Shown: positions 1 through 9,810 of the stretch, piece by piece
How positions within the stretch are numbered: position 1 is the first letter of the stretch
How the letters are laid out: every line of letters starts with the position of its first letter
DNA from: Gaiellales bacterium
Lineage (GTDB): Bacteria; Actinomycetota; Thermoleophilia; Gaiellales; JAICJC01
Assembly: GCA_036403155.1 (NCBI GenBank)
Contig: DASWRM010000042.1
Span: 49,463 to 113,462, forward strand
DNA: 64,000 bases
Direction of reading: 5' to 3'
Translations under genes and position numbers: made by a program
Notes under the pieces: generated by a model
Databases searched by the model: none
What the model was told of the DNA's origin: nothing
The model's input: only the letters and a program-made list of their open reading frames with translations

Positions 1-2081
1 GCACAGCGGCGCTGACCGGTGAGCCGGTGTTCGTCCGCGACGTCGCCACCGACCCGATCTGCCCGGACCGGCGCGACGCGGCCGCGGCGGCCGGCCTCGC
101 CGCCTGCTGGTCCGTCCCGGTCAAGGTCGGCGACGAGGTGGTCGCAGTCGTGGCCGCGTACAGCCGGGATCCGCGGGACGCGACGGACGCGGACCGCGTG
201 CTCATGGAGCGGTGCGCAGCGCTGCTGGCGGTCGTGCTGCGGCGGGAGGCGGACCTCCGCCATCGCGCCGCGGTCGAGGGCCGCTACCGCATGCTGATCG
301 AGGAGATGCCGGTGGTCGCCTACGAGAGTGCGACGGACGGGTCGATCCGGCTGTTCGTGAGCCCACAGATCGAGCCGGTGCTCGGGTTCACCTCGCAGCA
401 GGTGGTGAGCGGCGAGGCCACCAAGGCCTGGCGGGAGATGCTTCACCCCGACGACCGCGACGCCGTGGCCGAGGACTGGGAGCACGCGCGGGTCGAGGGC
501 CGGACCTGGGACCGGGAATACCGGATGGTGCGTCCGGACGGCGAGACCGTCTGGGTGCGGAACGTCGACATGGTCGTCCGAGACGAGCACGGCCGGCCGA
601 CGGGGCGCCAGGGCGTGGTCTTCGACGTCACGTCCCGGGTGGACACCGTCAACGCGCTGCGGGACGCCGAGCATCGCTGGCGCACGCTGGTCGAGCGGCT
701 GCCTGCCGTCACCTACATCGACGGCCTCGATCACGAGCCGAGCTACGCGAGCCCACAGATCCAGCAGCTGGTCGGGATGACGCCGGAGCAGTGGCTGGAG
801 CGGTGGGAGGAGTGCATCCACCCGGACGACCGCGACCGCGTGGTGGCGAACTACCACGACCACGTGCGGAGCGGCGAGGCGTTCGAGATCGAGTTCCGGG
901 TGCTTCACCCGGACGGCGGCGTCCGCTGGGTCAGCGATCGCGCCGCGCCCGTGCAGAGCGTCGCAGGCGGCAGGACGCTCTTCCAGGGCCTCCTGTTCGA
1001 CGTGACGGCGCAGAAGGTCGCTGAGAACGCGGTGCGCGAGTCCGAGCGCCGGTTCCGCGAGATGCTCGAGACGGTGCAGCTGATCGCCGTGATCACCGAG
1101 ATCGACGGCAGCGTCAGCTTCTGCAACGACCACTTCGTCAGCCTCAGCGGCTACCGCGCGGACGAGGTGCTCGGCCGTAACTGGGAGGAGCTGTTCGTGC
1201 CGGAGGCCGACCGGGACGACAGGACGTTCTTCCGCGAGCTGTCCGAGGGGCGCGTGGTGCAGCACGAGATCACGCGCATGTGGACGCGAGCGGGGGAGGT
1301 GCGCACGATCTCGTGGAGCAGCACGCCGCTTCGGGACGCCACCGGGCGGGTGGTCGCCGCGGCCAGCATCGGCGAGGACGTGACCGATCGCCTGCGGGCG
1401 GAGCAGGCGCTGCGCGAGAGCGAGGAGCGGCGGCGCCTCGTGATGGCCGAGATGCTGCGGACCGCAGAGGAGGAGCGGACGCGGATCGCGACGGAGCTCC
1501 ACGATGACACCGTGCAGATCATGACCGCGACGCTGATGTCGCTCGACCGCCTGACGAAGGCGATCGAGCGCGGCACCGACGAGCACGTCACCGCGTCGAT
1601 CGCAACGGCGCGCTCGACCCTGGCCGCGGCCGTGGAGCGCACGCGCCGGCTCATGTTCGAGCTGCGCCCGCCGCTGCTCGAGAGCCAGGGGCTCGACCCT
1701 GCGCTGCGCGACCTGGCCGCGACGGCGGCGGCCGAGGTCGGCTTCGAGGTGTCGGCGTCGATCGAGGTGGGGCGCTACCCCGAGGCGGTGGAGACGCTGG
1801 CGTACCGCACCGCGCAGGAGGCGATCGCAAACGCGCGCAAGCATGCGGGAGCAAGGCGCCTCGGGCTGACGCTGGTCGAGGACGCCGGGCAGCTCCGCGG
1901 CGAGGTGCGCGACGACGGCCGCGGGTTCGACGTGCTGCAGGCGCTCGACCGGCGGGCGAACCGGATGCACATGGGCCTCGACACGATGATCGAGCGGGTG
2001 CGGATGGCCGGCGGCGAGATCGCCGTCGAGTCGGCTGAGGGGGACGGCACCACGGTCCGGTTCTGCATCCCCGCCGCTTGA
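1..2081 (+). CDS. Sensor histidine kinase, GAF-like/PAS x3/HisKA_3/HATPase_c, 5' end cut by window edge
   Basis: Track ORF 27..2081, but the frame stays open back to nt 3 (..TGEPVFVRDV..), so the N-terminus is off-window. Repeated PAS-like modules (..HPDDRD.., ..FDVT.. blocks), HisKA_3 H-box ELHDDTVQ, ATPase motifs RDDGRGF and GLDTMIERV. No response regulator adjacent. Confidence 0.85.
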   Translation, partial: TAALTGEPVFVRDVATDPICPDRRDAAAAAGLAACWSVPVKVGDEVVAVVAAYSRDPRDATDADRVLMERCAALLAVVLRREADLRHRAAVEGRYRMLIEEMPVVAYESATDGSIRLFVSPQIEPVLGFTSQQVVSGEATKAWREMLHPDDRDAVAEDWEHARVEGRTWDREYRMVRPDGETVWVRNVDMVVRDEHGRPTGRQGVVFDVTSRVDTVNALRDAEHRWRTLVERLPAVTYIDGLDHEPSYASPQIQQLVGMTPEQWLERWEECIHPDDRDRVVANYHDHVRSGEAFEIEFRVLHPDGGVRWVSDRAAPVQSVAGGRTLFQGLLFDVTAQKVAENAVRESERRFREMLETVQLIAVITEIDGSVSFCNDHFVSLSGYRADEVLGRNWEELFVPEADRDDRTFFRELSEGRVVQHEITRMWTRAGEVRTISWSSTPLRDATGRVVAAASIGEDVTDRLRAEQALRESEERRRLVMAEMLRTAEEERTRIATELHDDTVQIMTATLMSLDRLTKAIERGTDEHVTASIATARSTLAAAVERTRRLMFELRPPLLESQGLDPALRDLAATAAAEVGFEVSASIEVGRYPEAVETLAYRTAQEAIANARKHAGARRLGLTLVEDAGQLRGEVRDDGRGFDVLQALDRRANRMHMGLDTMIERVRMAGGEIAVESAEGDGTTVRFCIPAA

Positions 2082-2115
2082 CCGCGGCGGGGCCGTCCGG
2101 TACAACCGCCGCGCC

Positions 2116-2589
2116 GTGCCGCTCCTCGTCACGCCCTACCAGTTCTATCTGACGGTGCACATCCTGGCTGCGATCGTGTGGGTCGGCGGCGCCGCGATCA
2201 CACAGGTCTACGCCGCGCGGGCCCAGGCGTCGGGCGACCCCGAGCGGATCGCGGGCTTCGCGCACGACGCGGAGTTCGTCGGCCGCACGATGTTCGCCCC
2301 GTCTGCGGTCGTGCTGCTGATCTTCGGGTTCCTGCTCGTCAACGAGGGCGACTGGACGCTGAGCAGCGCGTGGATCGACGTCGCACTCGCCGTGTGGGCG
2401 GCATCGTTCGTGGTCGGGATCGGCTTCCTCGGGCCGGAATCGGGGCGCATCGGGCGGATGATCGAGCAGCGGGGCGCGAGCGCCCCCGAGGTGCGCCGCC
2501 GGATCGAGCGGATCTTCCTGATCAGCCGCATCGAGCTGCTGTTCCTGCTGGTCATCGTCGTCGACATGGTCACCAAACCGGGAACCTGA
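2116..2589 (+). CDS. Small integral membrane protein (4 TM, DUF2269-like from memory)
   Basis: GTG-start ORF. Four hydrophobic helices ([57 protein letters not shown]). Family assignment from memory only. Confidence 0.6.
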   Translation: MPLLVTPYQFYLTVHILAAIVWVGGAAITQVYAARAQASGDPERIAGFAHDAEFVGRTMFAPSAVVLLIFGFLLVNEGDWTLSSAWIDVALAVWAASFVVGIGFLGPESGRIGRMIEQRGASAPEVRRRIERIFLISRIELLFLLVIVVDMVTKPGT

Positions 2590-2610
2590 GAGGGCTTCGG
2601 CCCAGGTCCA

Positions 2611-2616
2611 TAGAAT
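2611..2616 (+). promoter_or_regulatory. -10 hexamer TAGAAT, 8 nt upstream of leuS ATG (leaderless leuS)
   Basis: ccaTAGAATcccggggcATG. Only 35 nt separate the upstream stop from the leuS ATG, and there is no SD. Confidence 0.5.
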
Positions 2617-2624
2617 CCCGGGGC

Positions 2625-5090
2625 ATGGAACGGTACGACCCCGGCCGCATCGAGGCTCGCTGGCAGGAGATCTGGCGCGACCTGCAGATCCACGAGGTGC
2701 CCAACCCGGCGCCCGGCGACGACGTGTCGAAGCTGATGTACGTGCTCGAGATGCTGCCCTATCCCTCGGGCGAGCTGCACATGGGCCACGTCAAGAACTA
2801 CACGATGGGCGACGTCGTCACGCTGTTTCGCCGCCGCAACGGGTGGCATGTGATGCACCCGATGGGGTACGACTCGTTCGGCCTGCCGGCCGAGAACGCG
2901 GCGATCAAGAGCGGCAAGCATCCCGCCGTTTCCACGTCAGAGAACATCGCCGCGATCCGCGTGCAGATGCAACGGATGGGCTGGTCGATCGACTGGACGC
3001 GCGAGCTGTCCACCGCCGACCCCGACTACTACCGATGGACGCAGTGGATCTTCCTGCGGCTGTTCGAGGCCGGGCTGGCGTACCGGAAGCTCGCGCCCGT
3101 GAAGTGGTGCCCGAACGACCAGACCGTGCTCGCAAACGAGCAGGTGATCGACGGGCACTGCGAGCGCTGCGGCCACCTGGTCGAGTCCAAGAACCTCGAG
3201 CAGTGGTTCTTCAAGATCACCGACTACGCCCAGCGGCTGCTGGACGACCTGGCGGACGTCCGCTGGCCCGAGCGCGTCGTGACGATGCAGCGCAACTGGA
3301 TCGGCCGCAGCGAGGGCGCTGAGGTGGTGTTCCGCGCCGAGCACGACTCGTCGATCGAGATCCCCGTGTTCACGACCAGGCCGGACACGCTGTTCGGGGC
3401 GACGTTCTTCGTGCTGGCGCCGGAGCATCCGCTGGCGGTGCAGCTGGCGGCGGGAACCGACGGGGCCGGCGCGGTCGCGGACTACGTGCGGCAGACGGCG
3501 GCGCTGTCCGAGGTGGAGCGGTCGGCGGAGAAGGAGAAGTCCGGCGTGTACACCGGACGCAACGTGATCAACCCGGTGAACGGCGAGCCGATCCCCGTAT
3601 GGGTCGCGGACTACGTGCTGATGGAGTACGGCACCGGCGCGATCATGGCGGTGCCCGCGCACGACGAGCGCGACTTCGAGTTCGCATCCGCGCACGGGCT
3701 GCCCGTCCGGCAGGTCGTGGCGCCGCGCGACGGGGCGGCCTCGGACGGCGCGGCCTACGTCGCCCACAGCGGGGACGAGGTGCTGGTGAACTCGGGGCGG
3801 TTCGACGGGCTGGCGTCGCCGGCGGCCAAGCAGGCGATCATCGAGTGGCTCGAGTCGGAAGGGCGGGGAAAGGGCCGCGTCGCCTACCGCCTGCGCGACT
3901 GGCTGCTCTCGCGCCAGCGCTACTGGGGCTGCCCGATTCCGATCATCCACTGCCCGGCGTGCGGGACCGTGCCGGTCCCAGATGATCAGCTGCCCGTCGT
4001 ACTGCCCGAGCTCGAGGACTTCGCGCCGAAGGGCCGGTCACCGCTCGCATCGGCGGAGCAATGGGTGCACGTGTCGTGCCCCAGGTGCGGAGGCGATGCG
4101 ACGCGCGAGACCGACACCATGGACACCTTCGTGGACTCCTCCTGGTACTACATGCGCTACGCCGACCCGCGCAACGAGGAGGCGCCGTTCGACCGCGCGA
4201 TCGTGGACACGTGGCTGCCCGTCGACCAGTACATCGGCGGCGTCGAGCACGCGATCCTGCACCTGATGTACGCGCGGTTCTTCACGAAGGCGCTGTACGA
4301 CCTGGGATACGTCGGCTTCACGGAGCCGTTCGCGGATCTGTTCACCCAGGGCATGATCTATTACCTGGGCGCGAAGATGTCCAAGTCGAAGGGGAACATC
4401 ATCAACCCCGACGACCTGGTGGAGCGCTATGGGGCAGACACGACGCGCCTGTACACCCTGTTCCTGGGGCCGCCCGACCAGGACGCGGAGTGGCAGGACA
4501 CCGGCGTTGCCGGCCAGCACCGGTTCCTGGCGCGGCTCTGGCGGCTCGTCAACGAGATCGTCGAGGCGCACGGGGCCGGGATACCGTCGTCGGTCGAGGC
4601 CACCGGCGGGGGAGCCGGCCTGGTACGCAAGGCGCACTGGGCGATCGACAAGGTGACGGGGGACCTGGGTGAGCGGTTCTCGTTCAACACGGCCCAGTCG
4701 GCGGTGCACGAGCTGGTCGGCGCGATCCAGGATGCCGAGGGCGCCGACGCCGAGCAGCTGCGCTTCGCGGCCGCGACGGCGGTGAGCCTGATCCATCCGT
4801 ATGCCCCGCACATCGCATGCGAGCTGTGGGAGCGGCTGGGCGGCGAGCGGCTGTGGGACGAGCCGTGGCCGGCCGCGGATCCGGCGATGCTCGCGCGCGA
4901 CACGGTCACCTACGCGGTGCAGGTGGATGGCAAGCGGCGCGGCGAGGTCGAGGTGGCGGTGGGAACAGAGGAGGACGCGGTCGCCGAGGCCGCGCGCGCG
5001 GTGCCGAACGTGGCTGCGCATCTGGACGGCAGGACGGTGCGAAAGACGATCGTCGTCCCCGGCCGCCTCGTCAACTTCGTCGTCGGCTGA
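2625..5090 (+). CDS. leuS: Leucyl-tRNA synthetase
   Basis: Internal ATG of track ORF 2178..5090 ([17 protein letters not shown]..). Class I motifs LHMGHVKNY (HIGH variant) and [10 protein letters not shown] (KMSKS). The upstream part of the track ORF is Arg-rich nonsense overlapping the previous gene. Confidence 0.95.
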   Translation: MERYDPGRIEARWQEIWRDLQIHEVPNPAPGDDVSKLMYVLEMLPYPSGELHMGHVKNYTMGDVVTLFRRRNGWHVMHPMGYDSFGLPAENAAIKSGKHPAVSTSENIAAIRVQMQRMGWSIDWTRELSTADPDYYRWTQWIFLRLFEAGLAYRKLAPVKWCPNDQTVLANEQVIDGHCERCGHLVESKNLEQWFFKITDYAQRLLDDLADVRWPERVVTMQRNWIGRSEGAEVVFRAEHDSSIEIPVFTTRPDTLFGATFFVLAPEHPLAVQLAAGTDGAGAVADYVRQTAALSEVERSAEKEKSGVYTGRNVINPVNGEPIPVWVADYVLMEYGTGAIMAVPAHDERDFEFASAHGLPVRQVVAPRDGAASDGAAYVAHSGDEVLVNSGRFDGLASPAAKQAIIEWLESEGRGKGRVAYRLRDWLLSRQRYWGCPIPIIHCPACGTVPVPDDQLPVVLPELEDFAPKGRSPLASAEQWVHVSCPRCGGDATRETDTMDTFVDSSWYYMRYADPRNEEAPFDRAIVDTWLPVDQYIGGVEHAILHLMYARFFTKALYDLGYVGFTEPFADLFTQGMIYYLGAKMSKSKGNIINPDDLVERYGADTTRLYTLFLGPPDQDAEWQDTGVAGQHRFLARLWRLVNEIVEAHGAGIPSSVEATGGGAGLVRKAHWAIDKVTGDLGERFSFNTAQSAVHELVGAIQDAEGADAEQLRFAAATAVSLIHPYAPHIACELWERLGGERLWDEPWPAADPAMLARDTVTYAVQVDGKRRGEVEVAVGTEEDAVAEAARAVPNVAAHLDGRTVRKTIVVPGRLVNFVVG

Positions 5091-5112
5091 GCGACACGCC
5101 CCTGCGCGACCC

Positions 5113-5408
5113 CGTGACGCCCGCGTGACCGGGCGGCGTCACGGATCGGTCACGCGTCTGCGGCACCCCACCCTCCGGTGACCAAGTCGTTCCAGGCGGT
5201 CGTCACGGCGCCGTTTCGCCGGTGTGACGGCGGGTCGCCTCGCCGGCGGCTTCCCGCCGCCAACCCCACTCCTCCGTGCCCCCCTCGGTGACCAAGTCGT
5301 TCGCGTGGGGCGCGAGCCGGCCGTCACCCACCCGTGACGCGGCCAGACGTGAGCTCCGGCGTGCTCATACCGTAACCGCTTCGCCACCTGTCGCCACCCA
5401 CGTGTGAC
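5113..5408. repeat. Array of 11 GTGAC/GTCAC pentamers in the leuS-comEA spacer, including a dyad-symmetric 4-site element and a duplicated 16-mer
   Basis: GTGAC at 5114, 5125, 5178, 5224, 5288, 5334, 5404. GTCAC at 5138, 5149, 5202, 5323. The sites at 5114/5125 and 5138/5149 are 11 nt apart within each pair and symmetric about 5133/5134 (CGTGAC..CGTGAC..GTCACG..GTCACG). GGTGACCAAGTCGTTC is exact at 5177-5192 and 5287-5302. Confidence 0.7.
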
Positions 5409-5431
5409 GCGGGCGGCGGCATCATCGCCCC

Positions 5432-6001
5432 ATGCTCCCGATCCCACCTCAGCGCCTGCTGCTCTACGCCGCCGCCGCGGCCGCCGTGCTGCTGATCGGC
5501 CTGCGGATGCAGGGCGGGGGATCGACGCCGAGCTATTCCTCGCCGGGGCGCTCCATCGCGGCGCCGGCCCCCGCCGGCCCGGCCGTCGTCGTCGTGGACG
5601 TGGTCGGAGCGGTGCGGCGCCCCGGCGTCTACCGGCTTCCCGAAGGCGCACGGGTGCAGGATGCCGTGCAGCGTGCCCGTGCCACGCGACGCGCGCAGCT
5701 CGAGGGTTTGAACCTGGCCGAGCGGCTCGCGGATGGCGAGCAGGTGGTCGTCCCCGGGCGCGGCGGCGCCGGGGCCGCGGTCGCAACAGCCGCTCCTGGG
5801 AGCGAGCAGGCGCCTGTCCACCTCAACAGCGCCTCGCTCGAGCAGCTGGAGACGCTCGACGGCATCGGCCCCTCACTCGCCCAGCGAATCGTCGACTACC
5901 GGACGCAGCACGGCGGGTTCCGCTCGCTGGACGAGCTCGACCAGGTGAGCGGATTCGGGCCGGCGCGCCTGGCCGCCCTGCGCGGTCATGTGGCGCTGTG
6001 A
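5432..6001 (+). CDS. comEA: Competence protein ComEA (DNA receptor, helix-hairpin-helix)
   Basis: N-terminal TM helix (LLLYAAAAAAVLLIGL), SLBB-like middle, C-terminal tandem HhH LEQLETLDGIGPSLAQRIVDYR..LDELDQVSGFGPARL. Confidence 0.85.
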   Translation: MLPIPPQRLLLYAAAAAAVLLIGLRMQGGGSTPSYSSPGRSIAAPAPAGPAVVVVDVVGAVRRPGVYRLPEGARVQDAVQRARATRRAQLEGLNLAERLADGEQVVVPGRGGAGAAVATAAPGSEQAPVHLNSASLEQLETLDGIGPSLAQRIVDYRTQHGGFRSLDELDQVSGFGPARLAALRGHVAL

Positions 6002-7208
6002 CCCGCCGACGCGGGTCGTGCTCGCGGCGGTCGCCGGTCTCGCCTCGGCGGCGCTCGGACACCCGCTGCTGGCCGCACTGGCCGGGATCCCTGCGCGACC
6101 GCGACTGCTGTTGCTGCTCGTCGCGCTCGGTGCGGCGATGTTCGGCGGCATGCGGACTGCCGCCCTGGAGCGATCCGTGCTGCGCCCCGGCCGCTTCGGC
6201 GCGCCCGTGGTCGTGACCGGCGCGCCGAGCGGTGACCGCGCCGTCGCCAGCGTGCCCGGCGCCGCCGAGGACGTGCTGCTCGTCGCGCCCGGATACCGGC
6301 CGCAACTGGGCGCCGCATACCGCGCCGCGGGCCGGCTGCACGAGATCGACGCGGCAGTGCGCGGCTACTACGCGACTCAGGGCGTCCATCTCGAGCTCCG
6401 GGCGTCACGGCTCGTGTATCTCGGGCGACGCGGCGGCCTCTGGGGCTTCGTCGACTCCGTGCATGCGGCGGCGCTGCGACGCCTCCAGGCCGGTCCCGAC
6501 GCATCAGCGCCGCGCTCGCTGGTCGCCGGTATCACCCTCGGCGAGACGGGTGCGATGCCCGCCGACGTGCGGCAGCAGTTCCGCGACTCCGGCCTGTATC
6601 ACCTCGTCGCCGTGTCGGGCCAGAACGTTGCGTTGGTGGTCGTCTTCGCGCTCGCCTGCCTGGCGGCCGCCGGCGTGATCGGCGCGCCTGCGCGGATCGC
6701 GGCCATCGCCGCGACGGTGCTGTACGTGCTCGTCACCGGCGCCGGGCCCTCGATCGTCCGCGCTGGGGTGGCGGGCACGCTGGTCGCGATCGCCTGGCTG
6801 GCGTCCCGGCCGGTCGCCCGCTGGCATCTTCTGGCATGCGGAGCCGCGGTCGTGCTCGCGCTGAATCCGCTCGACCTCTTCAACCCCGGGTTCCAGCTCA
6901 GCTTCGCCGCGGTCTGGGCCATCTACGTCCTGGCCCCGCGGCTGCAGCCGCGGCTCGGGTCGGCGGTGGCCGTGTCGGTTGCCTGCACGCTCGTGACCAC
7001 GCCGATCGCGTGGTGGCACTTCGGCAGCCTCGCGCCCCTGTCCGTCCCCGCGAACGTCCTGGCGCTCCCCGCGGCCGCGCCGATCCTCGTCTGCGGGCTG
7101 GCAGCGATCGTCACCGGCTCCGTCTGGCAACCGCTGGCGACGCCGCTGCTGGGGGTGGCCGACCTGCTCGCCGGCTACCTGATCTGGGTGGCCCGCCTGT
7201 GCTCGTGA
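5988..7208 (+). CDS. comEC: ComEC/Rec2 competence channel, membrane domain only
   Basis: Polytopic protein with the competence-domain signature ..FRDSGLYHLVAVSGQNVALV... Starts 14 nt inside comEA. Ends right after the TM domain, with no C-terminal metallo-beta-lactamase domain. Confidence 0.8.
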   Translation: MWRCDPPTRVVLAAVAGLASAALGHPLLAALAGIPARPRLLLLLVALGAAMFGGMRTAALERSVLRPGRFGAPVVVTGAPSGDRAVASVPGAAEDVLLVAPGYRPQLGAAYRAAGRLHEIDAAVRGYYATQGVHLELRASRLVYLGRRGGLWGFVDSVHAAALRRLQAGPDASAPRSLVAGITLGETGAMPADVRQQFRDSGLYHLVAVSGQNVALVVVFALACLAAAGVIGAPARIAAIAATVLYVLVTGAGPSIVRAGVAGTLVAIAWLASRPVARWHLLACGAAVVLALNPLDLFNPGFQLSFAAVWAIYVLAPRLQPRLGSAVAVSVACTLVTTPIAWWHFGSLAPLSVPANVLALPAAAPILVCGLAAIVTGSVWQPLATPLLGVADLLAGYLIWVARLCS

Positions 7209-7230
7209 CCGTCGGCGCGGCCGCGGCGGG

Positions 7231-8334
7231 TCAGGCCGGCGTCGCCAGCGACCGCGGCGCGGCGCCGACGTAGCGCGAGTCGGGACGGATCAGCCGGCCG
7301 TGCGCCGCCTGCTCGAGCGCGTGCGCCGTCCAGCCCGCCGTTCGGGCGACGGCGAACGCGGGGGTGTAGAGATCGGTGAGCAGGCCGACGCCGTCGAGCA
7401 CGATCGACGCGTAGTACTCGACGTTGGTCTTCAGCGGCCGGTCGGGCTTGTGCTCGGCGAGCAGCCGCAGTGCGACGTCCTCGACGTCGATCGCGAGCTG
7501 CAGCCAGTCAGCGTCCGCCGCAAGCCGTTCGGCGACCTGGCGAAGCGCGGCGGCGCGGGGATCCATCGTCTTGTAGACGCGGTGCCCGAAGCCCATCAGG
7601 CGCTCGCCGCGAGCCAGTGCTTCGCGGATCCACACCTCGGCATGGTCGACGTCGCCGATCTGCGTCAGCTGGTCGCGCACCTCGGAGGGAGCGCCGCCGT
7701 GGAGCCGCCCCTTGAGCGCGCCGACGGCGCCGCAGACCGCACTTGCAAGATCGCTCTGCGTGCTCGTGATGACGCGCGCCGTGAACGTCGACGCGTTCAG
7801 GCCGTGCTCGGCGCACACCGTGAAGTACGCGTCGAGCGCACGCGCCTGGGCCGGATCGGGCTGCTCGCCGCTGATCGCGTGCAACAGTCGCCCGGCCACG
7901 CCGAGGTCCGCGCCCTCGGAGCTGTCGACCGGCCGCTTGCCGTCTCGAAGCCGCGCGAATGCCCCGACGACGGCGGGCCCGAGTGCGATCAGCTGGCGAG
8001 CCTGATCCGGCGTCGGCGGCCAGCCGAACCGCCGCTCCGCGCCGAAGGCCGAGACGCCGGTTCGCAGTGCATCGAGCGGCGCGCACGACGTCGGAAGCCC
8101 GCGCAGCGCGGCCAGCACGGTCGAGTCGAGCTCCGCCACGGGCAGCACCTCGTCATCCGCCGGCCATTCGCCGTCGAGCAGCAGCCCCACCACCCGGTCG
8201 TAGCTCCCGTGCGAGGCGAGATCGCCGATCTCGTACCCCCGGTAGAGCAACCGCCCCGCCTGCCCGTCGACGAGGCTGATCGTCGTCTCGGCGGCGACGA
8301 CTCCCTCAAGCCCGCTGTTGACCTCCGCTGGCAT
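7231..8334 (-). CDS. Citrate synthase family protein (citrate/2-methylcitrate synthase)
   Basis: Signature ..GFGHRVYKTMDPRA.. and ..NVEYYASIVL... The track ORF starts at 8400. I prefer ATG 8334 (MPAEVNSGLEGVV..) because TACAAT lies 9 nt upstream on the minus strand. Confidence 0.85.
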   Translation of the reverse strand: MPAEVNSGLEGVVAAETTISLVDGQAGRLLYRGYEIGDLASHGSYDRVVGLLLDGEWPADDEVLPVAELDSTVLAALRGLPTSCAPLDALRTGVSAFGAERRFGWPPTPDQARQLIALGPAVVGAFARLRDGKRPVDSSEGADLGVAGRLLHAISGEQPDPAQARALDAYFTVCAEHGLNASTFTARVITSTQSDLASAVCGAVGALKGRLHGGAPSEVRDQLTQIGDVDHAEVWIREALARGERLMGFGHRVYKTMDPRAAALRQVAERLAADADWLQLAIDVEDVALRLLAEHKPDRPLKTNVEYYASIVLDGVGLLTDLYTPAFAVARTAGWTAHALEQAAHGRLIRPDSRYVGAAPRSLATPA

Positions 8335-8343
8335 GGCGGCGCG

Positions 8344-8408
8344 ATTGTAGCCACCCATCGGCTCGAGCACGCGCATCCGCCGTGCCCGGTTGCCGTCCAT
8401 GCGACAAT
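8344..8408. promoter_or_regulatory. Divergent -10 elements for citrate synthase (TACAAT, minus, 8344-8349) and the Rrf2 gene (GACAAT, plus, 8403-8408)
   Basis: Minus strand: ggCTACAATcgcgccgccATG. Plus strand: gcGACAATgaggccATG. Both hexamers lie 6-9 nt from the start codon. The Rrf2 hexamer is weaker (G at position 1). Confidence 0.4.
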
Positions 8409-8414
8409 GAGGCC

Positions 8415-8873
8415 ATGAAACTCTCCGCCAAGGCCGACTACGCGGTGCGAGCGGTGCTCGTGCTCGCCTCGCACGACGACCCGCACCCGCTCAAGGGCGA
8501 GCTGATCGCCGCATCCCAGGACCTGCCGCTCAAGTTCGTCGAGAACATCCTCGGCGAGCTGAAGCACGCCGGGCTGGTCGTGTCGCAGCGCGGGCCGGAG
8601 GGTGGATACCGGCTGGCCGTTCCGGCCGACCAGATCACCGTCGCCGAGGTGATCCGGGTGGTGGACGGGCCGCTGGCCGCGGTTGCCGGCGTGCGTCCGG
8701 AGGCGATCGTCTACCCACCCGGGGCTGAGGCGCTGCCGGACGTCTGGCTGGAGGCGCGGTCGCAGCTTCGCTCCGTGCTCGAGAACATCACGTTCGCCGA
8801 TCTGGTGCGGCGCTCGCGGGCCCGTGCCGGGCGGCTGGAGCCGTCGCCCGCGGGGGGCAGCACTGGCACATAA
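8415..8873 (+). CDS. Rrf2-family transcriptional regulator
   Basis: MKLSAKADYAVRAVLVLA.. is a canonical Rrf2 winged-HTH N-terminus. ATG 8415 preferred over the upstream start at 8382. Confidence 0.85.
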   Translation: MKLSAKADYAVRAVLVLASHDDPHPLKGELIAASQDLPLKFVENILGELKHAGLVVSQRGPEGGYRLAVPADQITVAEVIRVVDGPLAAVAGVRPEAIVYPPGAEALPDVWLEARSQLRSVLENITFADLVRRSRARAGRLEPSPAGGSTGT

Positions 8874-9810
8874 GCCGGCGTACCTGATCGCGGGCACCGA
8901 CTGGCCCAAGATCGACGCGGCGGCGACACGCCTGCGCGGCCAGTTCGACGAGGACTCGGTCGAGCAGATCACGGTTGGGGACGAGGAGCAGGTCGACATC
9001 GTGGCGGCCTGCAATGCGCTCGGCCTGTTCGGCGGCGAGCGGCTGGTGTTCGTTCGCGGGGCCGAGTCGCTGGAAACCGAGCAGGTGGACGAGATCGTCG
9101 CCTACCTGGCCGATCCGGCGCCGGGAACCTGCCTGGCGCTGTTCGGGGGAAAGGGCATTCCCGACGACGGCCCGCTCGCGGTCGCCGTGGCGAAGATCGG
9201 AGACGTCCGCATCTTCGACGCTCCGGACGACGAGCATGCCGTGCAGTGGGTGGTGAAGCGGTTCGCGGAGACCGGAATCGCCTGCCCCGCCGGCATCGCG
9301 AAGCGGATCGTGAAGCGCGCGGGCATCGAGATCGGCGACCTCGCGCTCGAGGTGGAGAAGCTCGCGGTGCACGGTCGTGACCGCGCGCCGACCGAGGCTG
9401 AGGTCGACGCGCTCGTGCCGGAGCAGCAGGACGTGAAGCCCTGGAACATGACGGACGCGTGGGGCCGCCGCGACGCGGCGGCGGTCGTGGGCTACGCCAC
9501 GGCGGACATCGAGAAGCCCGACGACGTGCAGCGGATCTCGGCGATCTTCGCCAACCACGTGCGCCGCGTCCGCCAGGCCCTGCTCGTCGTCGAGGCGGGC
9601 GGGTCGGAGAGGGAGGTGCAGAAGCAGCTCGGCCTCAAGTCGCCCTTCCAGGCGAAGGGGCTGTGCCGGCAGGCGCGGGCGTTCAGCGAGCCGGAGCTGG
9701 CCCGCGCCGTCGTGCGCCTGGCCGAGCTGGACGAGGCGATCAAGGGTGGCAGCCGCCTCGACCCCCGGCTCGAGCTGGAGCTGGCGCTGGTCGAGATCAG
9801 CTCCGAATGA
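8824..9810 (+). CDS. holA: DNA polymerase III delta subunit
   Basis: ..KPAYLIAGTDWPKID.., ..GLFGGERLVFVRGAE.., ..LELELALVEI.. blocks, and the conserved position before rpsT. Start uncertain (GTG 8824 or CTG 8863). The track start at 8683 would overlap the Rrf2 gene by 190 nt. Confidence 0.75.
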   Translation: MPGGWSRRPRGAALAHKPAYLIAGTDWPKIDAAATRLRGQFDEDSVEQITVGDEEQVDIVAACNALGLFGGERLVFVRGAESLETEQVDEIVAYLADPAPGTCLALFGGKGIPDDGPLAVAVAKIGDVRIFDAPDDEHAVQWVVKRFAETGIACPAGIAKRIVKRAGIEIGDLALEVEKLAVHGRDRAPTEAEVDALVPEQQDVKPWNMTDAWGRRDAAAVVGYATADIEKPDDVQRISAIFANHVRRVRQALLVVEAGGSEREVQKQLGLKSPFQAKGLCRQARAFSEPELARAVVRLAELDEAIKGGSRLDPRLELELALVEISSE

